NCBI GenBank assembly: GCA_963666275.2
Contig: CAXXOA010000002.1
Coordinates: 96,001 to 160,000 of the forward strand
From: Oceanispirochaeta sp.
Lineage (GTDB): Bacteria > Spirochaetota > Spirochaetia > DSM-2461
Length of the DNA: 64,000 nt
Direction of reading: 5' to 3'
The position numbers and the translations under genes are program-made. The notes under the pieces are model-generated. The model was not told the DNA's origin and did no database searches. It was given only the letters and a program-made list of their open reading frames with translations. Below are positions 58,158 to 64,000 of the stretch, piece after piece (positions within the stretch are counted from its first letter, which is position 1; every line of letters starts with the position of its first letter).

Positions 58158-59072
58158 TCAGTCTGGAGAGTCATCCTCTTCGCAAACCCCGTCATGGGCC
58201 GGCTCAAGATGAATCAGCACTTCCACCACGTCATCACATTCCTCAATAATCGTGGATTTTACGGTTTCGCAGATATCATGGCCCGTGTGGACACTGAGAT
58301 CCCCGTCCACCTGAACATGCATATCCACCAGTACGGAGTTTCCGGCGATCCTTGTTCTTGTTTTATGGATGGAACAGACACCGCTTACGGACAGGGCAAT
58401 TTTATTGATCTTTTTCAGAAGGCCTCTGTCTGACATTCTGTCTGTAAGTTCATAAAATGCCGGTTTGACGATTTCAAAGGAGACCTTGAAGATAAAGCCA
58501 GAAACAATGATGGCTCCCACGGAGTCGACAAAATACCAGTCGGGAAACACAATTGCCAGGAGAACGGCTACCAGAACGGGGATGGAACTGATCGCATCGG
58601 ACCGGTGATGCCAGGCATTGGCAATGACTGCAGAAGATTTGACCCGCTTCCCGGTCTTAAGGGTATAGCGGAACACAAACTCTTTGCCGACAATACTCAA
58701 TAGAGGTCCCACCAGAGCAATCCAGTAGAGACCGGAACTCCTGCCAGCCGGCTCGGACAGACTGGAAATCGCATTGACAAGGAGCTCCACACCGACCACG
58801 GAAAGAAGGATTCCGATAAAAAGAGTCACAATTGCTTCGATTCTCTTGTGCCCGTAAGGGTGTTCCTCATCGGCCGGGGGCTCCCAGAATTTGACTCCCA
58901 CCAGAACGGCAAAGTCTGTAATCAGATCGGAAAGGCTGTGAAAAGCATCGGCCAGAACTGCCTGACTGTTCCCTACAAAACCGACGGCAAACTTTAATGC
59001 CGCCAGGAAAATATTCAAGACCATCCCTACAATAGTGACAGTCTTAACCGATTGACTTCGTTTTTCACTCAT
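58158..59072 (-). CDS. Cation diffusion facilitator (FieF-like)
   Basis: LADAFHSLSD, HPYGHKRIE, ANAWHHRSD, HVQVD, VLIHLEP. Confidence 0.93.
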   Translation of the reverse strand: MSEKRSQSVKTVTIVGMVLNIFLAALKFAVGFVGNSQAVLADAFHSLSDLITDFAVLVGVKFWEPPADEEHPYGHKRIEAIVTLFIGILLSVVGVELLVNAISSLSEPAGRSSGLYWIALVGPLLSIVGKEFVFRYTLKTGKRVKSSAVIANAWHHRSDAISSIPVLVAVLLAIVFPDWYFVDSVGAIIVSGFIFKVSFEIVKPAFYELTDRMSDRGLLKKINKIALSVSGVCSIHKTRTRIAGNSVLVDMHVQVDGDLSVHTGHDICETVKSTIIEECDDVVEVLIHLEPAHDGVCEEDDSPD

Positions 59073-59983
59073 TTCTCTATCCTGAAAATATGCAGTATCA
59101 TGTCATAGACTTCTGTCAGATCCGACGGAAGGCTCTCTGTATTATACAGGTCATTGCCTCCGGGAGGGATGTAAACAAGAGGAACGGGATTTCTTGTATG
59201 ATCTCCTGTTGAAAAATCCTCTGCATTGCCGTGATCACTGGTTATGATCAGATGAGATCCCCTCTCTTTCACACGGCGGCTCAGCTCGCCCAGAAAAGGG
59301 ATCAGATCCGCCAGACACTCCTCCAGCTTTTCCCTCTTCCTTTTATGGCCCCAGCGATCTGTCAGAAAATACTCATAATAGATAAAATCCGCCCGGTCCG
59401 TCAAACTGATAAGCTGCTCTGCCGCCTGAGAAGGCGACAGAAGGGGGAGAGAGAGCCCCAGATCCTTAAGATGCCGCCCTGTTATGTCCATAAAGACACC
59501 CGAGCCCCGGGAATAGTCTCTTTTAAAAAGGAATGAACTGCGCCCGGCAAAGGTCATAAGCGTCGAAACGGGAAAGCGGTTTTTAATCCCTCCCCTCCTG
59601 TTTTTAAAGAATCCGGGAGTATGAAGGTTGCCGTTCACCGAACGGAGTCCCTCCTTCCTGAGGACCAGCGGCAGGCTCTCTTCCATGATCAGATCAATAA
59701 GCTTCTTATTGGGGAAGGCGTTCAGATGATAGCCCAGATGGGCCTGGGCATTCACACCGGTATATAGAGATGTCTGCCCGGTTGCGGACTGGGGAATTCC
59801 CTCCACTCCCAGACAGGCGTCCAGCCGGGCAGTCCTGCCTCCGGGGAAGGACTCGGGAAAGGCCCGGTTATCCAGGATCAGATCCGGAGAAATATCTGTA
59901 AATACAGATCTGACAGGATTTCTTGCAGGATCCGGTTCTCCGATACCCAGCCCGTCTATAAATACCATGATGACTTTTTCCAT
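59069..59983 (-). CDS. Alkaline-phosphatase-superfamily metalloenzyme (phosphopentomutase/iPGM-like)
   Basis: FIDGLGIG, PQSATGQT, TDRWGH, TSDHGN, HTRNPVP. Confidence 0.85.
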   Translation of the reverse strand: MEKVIMVFIDGLGIGEPDPARNPVRSVFTDISPDLILDNRAFPESFPGGRTARLDACLGVEGIPQSATGQTSLYTGVNAQAHLGYHLNAFPNKKLIDLIMEESLPLVLRKEGLRSVNGNLHTPGFFKNRRGGIKNRFPVSTLMTFAGRSSFLFKRDYSRGSGVFMDITGRHLKDLGLSLPLLSPSQAAEQLISLTDRADFIYYEYFLTDRWGHKRKREKLEECLADLIPFLGELSRRVKERGSHLIITSDHGNAEDFSTGDHTRNPVPLVYIPPGGNDLYNTESLPSDLTEVYDMILHIFRIEK

Positions 59984-60038
59984 AAAACTCCTATAATTAT
60001 AACAGTTTTCCCGAAACCTGACAGAGGAGTGTGAAATA

Positions 60039-60527
60039 ATGCGAAAGATAATTCTGATTTTTCTGATAATAATGGTGTTCTATCCTGTATATGTCTCTGC
60101 ACAGACCAAGGACAAGGACATTCCTGAAATAAATCTCAGCACCGCGGAACTGGAGGGAAAGGCAAAAGCCGGTCTGGCTATCGGATACCCCACCGGCCTG
60201 ACATTCGGCTACAGGCTGGCAAACTACCTGGAGGTCAATGCTTTTCTGGGAACCCACGGAAACGACTTTACCCTGGGAAGCAGCCTTCTTTTCACTCTGG
60301 CGGATATCCGGATCAGCAATCAGATCCTGCCCCTTTCGGCAGGTCCGGCTGTATTTGCCTCTTTTGACAATGATTTTTCTCTGATGGCAGGAGGCGCCGT
60401 CCGCTGGGAGTATACTTTTGAAGATGCTCCTTTAAATCTCTACCTGGAAGCGGTCCCGGGAGTCATCCTGATAGGAGATATCCGCTTTGCCATGGCATCC
60501 TCCCTGGGTATCCGCTACGTTTTTTAA
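60039..60527 (+). CDS. Putative small outer-membrane beta-barrel protein
   Basis: Signal peptide; GLAIGYPTGLT, PLNLYLE.VPG, terminal GIRYVF. Confidence 0.7.
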   Translation: MRKIILIFLIIMVFYPVYVSAQTKDKDIPEINLSTAELEGKAKAGLAIGYPTGLTFGYRLANYLEVNAFLGTHGNDFTLGSSLLFTLADIRISNQILPLSAGPAVFASFDNDFSLMAGGAVRWEYTFEDAPLNLYLEAVPGVILIGDIRFAMASSLGIRYVF

Positions 60528-60531
60528 TATC

Positions 60532-61605
60532 TCAGGAGTAATAGGGTTCGGGAGGAGACGGGACAAGAGCGTCCCATTCATAATCCCGGATCTGATAACC
60601 CTGCTCCGAAAGAGATTCATGGAGGGACTGCACATGTTCCCCGATCACTTCGGGTGAACAGGCTGATCTGATATTCAGAACAACCTGTACGTTCTGAACA
60701 TCCCGATCAGACAATGTGATGTGGTCGGCCTGAACCCGTCCCCCCACATTGCTGACCTTCAGGACGCCGTCGGGAGAAAGGATAAAAACTTTGGCATGGG
60801 CTACATATCCCAGCCGGGGATTATCAAAGGACTCCATCAGAATAAAACTGAGTTCCGAAGGAGACACAGCCTCGTCACGGCTTATGAACCAGCTTCCGTT
60901 ATACCATCCGTATTCGGCTTCCGCCCGGGCATATACATCATAGTCCAGATCGACCCGGAATGAGAAATCCAGGGAAAGCCCCCGGATGATATTGTCAAGG
61001 AGAGTATCCATTCCCTCTCCCGTCCGGGAGGAACAGGCAAAAAAATCCGCCCGGGGGTTCAGGACCTTCAGCATATCCTCCACCTTTTCCAGTTCGTCCC
61101 GGTTGAGCAGGTCGGTTTTGGAAAGGACAAGAACGGACGACTCTCTCAGCTGATGGGAGATCAGGACTTCCGATGGTTCCACGGGATGGGACAGATTCAT
61201 ACGGGAAAAATCATCCAGCATCCGGCGGGCGTCCACAAGGGTCACAAAACCGGCAACCTCAACCACATCGGAGTGAAAGGTCTTCAGCGGATTCACCACT
61301 GTGGCCGACAGGTCCGTACAGCTCCCCACCGCTTCAGCGATGATATAGTCCGGGTTCTCCTGAAGAGAGATCTCTCGGACAGTATTAAGGAAATCCGGGA
61401 AGCGGCAGCAGAAACAGCCGCCCGAAACTTCTCTGGCGGCAATTCCCTCACTCCGGGAATAGAATGTATCCACCAGGGTATCCCCCTGATCGTTGGTAAT
61501 CACAGCAGCCTTATACCCCTTCTTCTCCAGGTACTTTGCTCCTGCAATCATAAAAGTTGTTTTACCTGAACCCAGAAAGCCGCCCAGGAGAAGGAGTTTT
61601 GTCAT
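60532..61605 (-). CDS. CobW/HypB/UreG (G3E) family GTPase
   Basis: GGFLGSGKTT, TNDQG, GGCFCC, EAVG, SKTD. Confidence 0.9.
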   Translation of the reverse strand: MTKLLLLGGFLGSGKTTFMIAGAKYLEKKGYKAAVITNDQGDTLVDTFYSRSEGIAAREVSGGCFCCRFPDFLNTVREISLQENPDYIIAEAVGSCTDLSATVVNPLKTFHSDVVEVAGFVTLVDARRMLDDFSRMNLSHPVEPSEVLISHQLRESSVLVLSKTDLLNRDELEKVEDMLKVLNPRADFFACSSRTGEGMDTLLDNIIRGLSLDFSFRVDLDYDVYARAEAEYGWYNGSWFISRDEAVSPSELSFILMESFDNPRLGYVAHAKVFILSPDGVLKVSNVGGRVQADHITLSDRDVQNVQVVLNIRSACSPEVIGEHVQSLHESLSEQGYQIRDYEWDALVPSPPEPYYS

Positions 61606-62533
61606 GAATCACCTCAAATATATCGGTCCGGACTTTCTGCCAGGCCTCGGCAACTTTCCGGGAATTCTCCGGCGGACAGAGCACTGTCAGCCCGGGTTTT
61701 ATACTGTATTTTCCAACAGCTGTGATAGTAAACCCCGCTCCCGTATCGGAAACATAGGTCAACTGCCCATCCAGCTCAAAAAATCCTTTCAGCCTGAAGA
61801 TGCTGTCACTCACAGAGTCGAGAAACACCCTCAGAGACTCTTCGTCTTTAACACGTCCCTCAAGAAACAGGCTGGCCGGCCTGGTATCCGGGGTATTGCA
61901 GCTCTCCCGTTTTGCGGTTTTATGAACTGTTTCAGCGGTCTCCAGAAAAGAATAGTCAAACTGCCCGAACTCTCCGGTCTGGATCATGGCGTCCCTGTTG
62001 TATTCCCGGAGCGTTTCCTTCAGCTTTGCCAGTTCCTCCGGGTCAGCAAGATCCGCTTTATTGATGAGAAGAACATCCGCAGCTTCCACCTGCCTGGGAA
62101 TGACATTGAGAACCTTCACAAGCTTGGGGAATTTCACGGGGTCCACCAGAGTCAGGATTTTCCTGACTTCCATATCCCCGTCCATTCCGTGATCTTTCAG
62201 AATAAGATCCATGCTGGAAGGATCAGACATTCCCGAAGCCTCTATGAACAGGATTTCGGGCTTTTCCCTGGCAAAGAACTGAAGGCCATAGACAAAAGGG
62301 GCTTTGAGGCAGGAGCAGAAGATGGACCCGTTTCCGATTTCATAAACCTTATGCCCCCCCTCAAGGAGGTCGGGATTCTGACTTTTAAGGAGAGAGCCGT
62401 CAACAGGAACATCTCCGAAATCATTCACAAGCATTCCGATTTTAGACGAGGGAAAAAACCTGATCAGTTCATTAAGGACCGTGGTCTTTCCGGCTCCCAG
62501 AAATCCGGCCAGCAGCACTATTTCAATTTTCAT
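61562..62533 (-). CDS. CobW (COG0523) family GTPase
   Basis: AGFLGAGKTT, VNDFG, GSIFCSC, EASG, NKAD, RLKGF; overlaps the next gene by 44 nt. Confidence 0.9.
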   Translation of the reverse strand: MKIEIVLLAGFLGAGKTTVLNELIRFFPSSKIGMLVNDFGDVPVDGSLLKSQNPDLLEGGHKVYEIGNGSIFCSCLKAPFVYGLQFFAREKPEILFIEASGMSDPSSMDLILKDHGMDGDMEVRKILTLVDPVKFPKLVKVLNVIPRQVEAADVLLINKADLADPEELAKLKETLREYNRDAMIQTGEFGQFDYSFLETAETVHKTAKRESCNTPDTRPASLFLEGRVKDEESLRVFLDSVSDSIFRLKGFFELDGQLTYVSDTGAGFTITAVGKYSIKPGLTVLCPPENSRKVAEAWQKVRTDIFEVIHDKTPSPGRLSGFR

Positions 62534-62546
62534 CCCCTACCTCCGT

Positions 62547-62584
62547 AAAAAAACAGAAGGTGATCCGCAATCCGGACCCCCTTC
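62547..62584 (-). terminator. Terminator-like hairpin between the methyltransferase and cobW genes
   Basis: GAAGG-GGGTCCG-GATTG-CGGATCA-CCTTC followed by TGTTTTTTT on the minus strand. Confidence 0.6.
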
Positions 62585-62603
62585 CTCTGATTATAGAACA
62601 GAA

Positions 62604-63953
62604 TTACATAACTTCCTGAAGTTCAGCCTTCAGTTCATTCCTGGAGGGAATCAGGGAGACATGGGTGACTTTACCGTTCACAGCCATGGCCGGAAGGTTG
62701 GAAACACCCATCTTACCGAGGCGTGCAATATTCTCGGGCTCCATGATGGACCTTTCCACGACCTTTACTTTATCATTTCCGAATATTTCCACCATGTCAT
62801 CAGCCGCGGCTTTCATATAGCCGCAGGCCGCACAGGTTTTGGAATCAATAGTCAAAACTTCAATCAGTATATGATCGAGGCTTTCATAGTCGGGCAGTTC
62901 CACATCGATCTGAACATCCTCTTTCACATAGGACTCCAGGAATTTCCTTGTGGCTTCCACATCCTGAACAGCCTGACCGACACCCACAACATTTTCAGGG
63001 GGAACGCCGAAGGGCATATCGCATCCGGGAGCCAGGATAAACCCCTTATTGCCCATTTTATCCATCAGTTCGATGGCCGCCTTCTGATTATCCTTCTGGT
63101 TCCCCAGGAGCATGGTGACTGTAAGCTGCATATTTCCGGAAATCAGGATTCCGTGTTTATCCGTAATTTTCTTGGCCTCAACAATATCAATATTCTCATC
63201 AATAGCCAGACAGTCCGGACCGGTCAGAGCCATCACATCGAGGTTTTTGGTGGCATCGCCGCAGACAAAAAAGCAGCTGTAGGCCCCTTTCGTTCTGACA
63301 TGGTCAAAAAACCGTTTGTAGTCGGCAGCCATGAACTGCTCGAACATTTCCGGTGAAATCTGGGAGATCAGAGGATCTACCGCACCAATGATGTCCATTC
63401 CGGCTTCCCTGTAGTAGTCTGCCATGGCAATCGCCACATCTGTCGCGTAGGCCATGAGTTTCAGAACATACTCCTCATCATCGTACATATCCATAAAAAT
63501 ATTGGTGCTTCTCAGATGAGACGCCAGAGTGAAAGGACCGCAGACAAGACCGTAGAGGGCGGTTGTTTCGCCCACAGCCTCTTTAAAACGCTTCATAACA
63601 TCCAGGACCAGAGGGATCCGGCCTTCTGTACTGGCAGGAATCTTTCCGGGGATCTCTTTTGTGTCCGCCAGAGGATGGCTTTTTACCGTGGGGGGAACAT
63701 CCACATCCCAGTGAAGATCGCATCCCAGGATTTCCGCTTCGATCTGAAGATCAAAAACCACAGGCTGTCCGTCGGGAGAGTACTGTTTATTGGACTCCAG
63801 AAGGCATTCAAGCAGCTTGTCAGCATCCTTGAGAATTTCGTCGGCCCTGTATCCCTTAAGATTCGCAATCTGAACACCCGTATACGGTACCCAGGGAGCT
63901 CTCTCTGTAGCTTCCCCTTTGAACTGTTTATATATTAACTCTTTCCCTGTCAT
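62604..63953 (-). CDS. URO-D/MtaA-CmuA family methyltransferase fused to a C-terminal thioredoxin-like domain
   Basis: DLQIEAEILGC, GPFTLA, ISPEMFEQF, FVCGD, GN, ILAPGCD; then TCAACGYM...NLPAMAVNG...IP. GGAGG RBS before ATG 63953. Confidence 0.87.
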   Translation of the reverse strand: MTGKELIYKQFKGEATERAPWVPYTGVQIANLKGYRADEILKDADKLLECLLESNKQYSPDGQPVVFDLQIEAEILGCDLHWDVDVPPTVKSHPLADTKEIPGKIPASTEGRIPLVLDVMKRFKEAVGETTALYGLVCGPFTLASHLRSTNIFMDMYDDEEYVLKLMAYATDVAIAMADYYREAGMDIIGAVDPLISQISPEMFEQFMAADYKRFFDHVRTKGAYSCFFVCGDATKNLDVMALTGPDCLAIDENIDIVEAKKITDKHGILISGNMQLTVTMLLGNQKDNQKAAIELMDKMGNKGFILAPGCDMPFGVPPENVVGVGQAVQDVEATRKFLESYVKEDVQIDVELPDYESLDHILIEVLTIDSKTCAACGYMKAAADDMVEIFGNDKVKVVERSIMEPENIARLGKMGVSNLPAMAVNGKVTHVSLIPSRNELKAELQEVM

Positions 63954-64000
63954 CTTATCGACCTCCATTGGGTTATATCTGATTTTGACTGTAGGGAAAT

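Noticed and set aside
1..64000. Transposases, prophage, toxin-antitoxin or anti-phage defence genes
   Set aside because: None recognised; nearly all long ORFs are assignable to metabolic, transport or regulatory families.

Overview
A gene-dense chromosomal segment, most likely from a free-living anaerobic spirochaete (Spirochaetales). The taxonomy is inferred from an FlcA-like flagellar collar protein, spirochaete-type sugar-binding signal peptides and small beta-barrel OMP candidates. I find about 60 CDS and one tRNA-Ser(CGA), with no transposase, integrase, prophage or CRISPR-Cas. Recognisable modules: a partial diguanylate cyclase; a sigma54-driven AapJQMP amino-acid ABC operon; ilvE; flcA with a 20 x 18-bp coding repeat; an iorAB-paaK-paaK-ACT-thioesterase operon; an MCP; a CPA2 antiporter with a PTS-IIA/PII-like fusion; glgP; a PAS-GGDEF-EAL protein; rhamnose genes; ArsR-cadA-DUF1847; a Na/Pi symporter with DeoR-like regulator, ABC transporter and GDPD; nfo; a LacI sugar ABC cluster with three phased operators; and an MtaA/CmuA-thioredoxin fusion followed by two CobW GTPases. 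The best candidates for something undescribed are: (i) a 58-aa standalone MshEN-like microprotein absent from the ORF track, convergent on an unknown-domain/HU fusion and a membrane-anchored wHTH-like protein (24150-26189); (ii) the antiporter plus IIA-PII fusion pair; (iii) the methyltransferase-thioredoxin/CobW cluster. Non-coding highlights are a nested 49-bp REP-like array, a structured intergenic element and several apparently leaderless genes. All family assignments come from recognising motifs by eye; no database searches were run.
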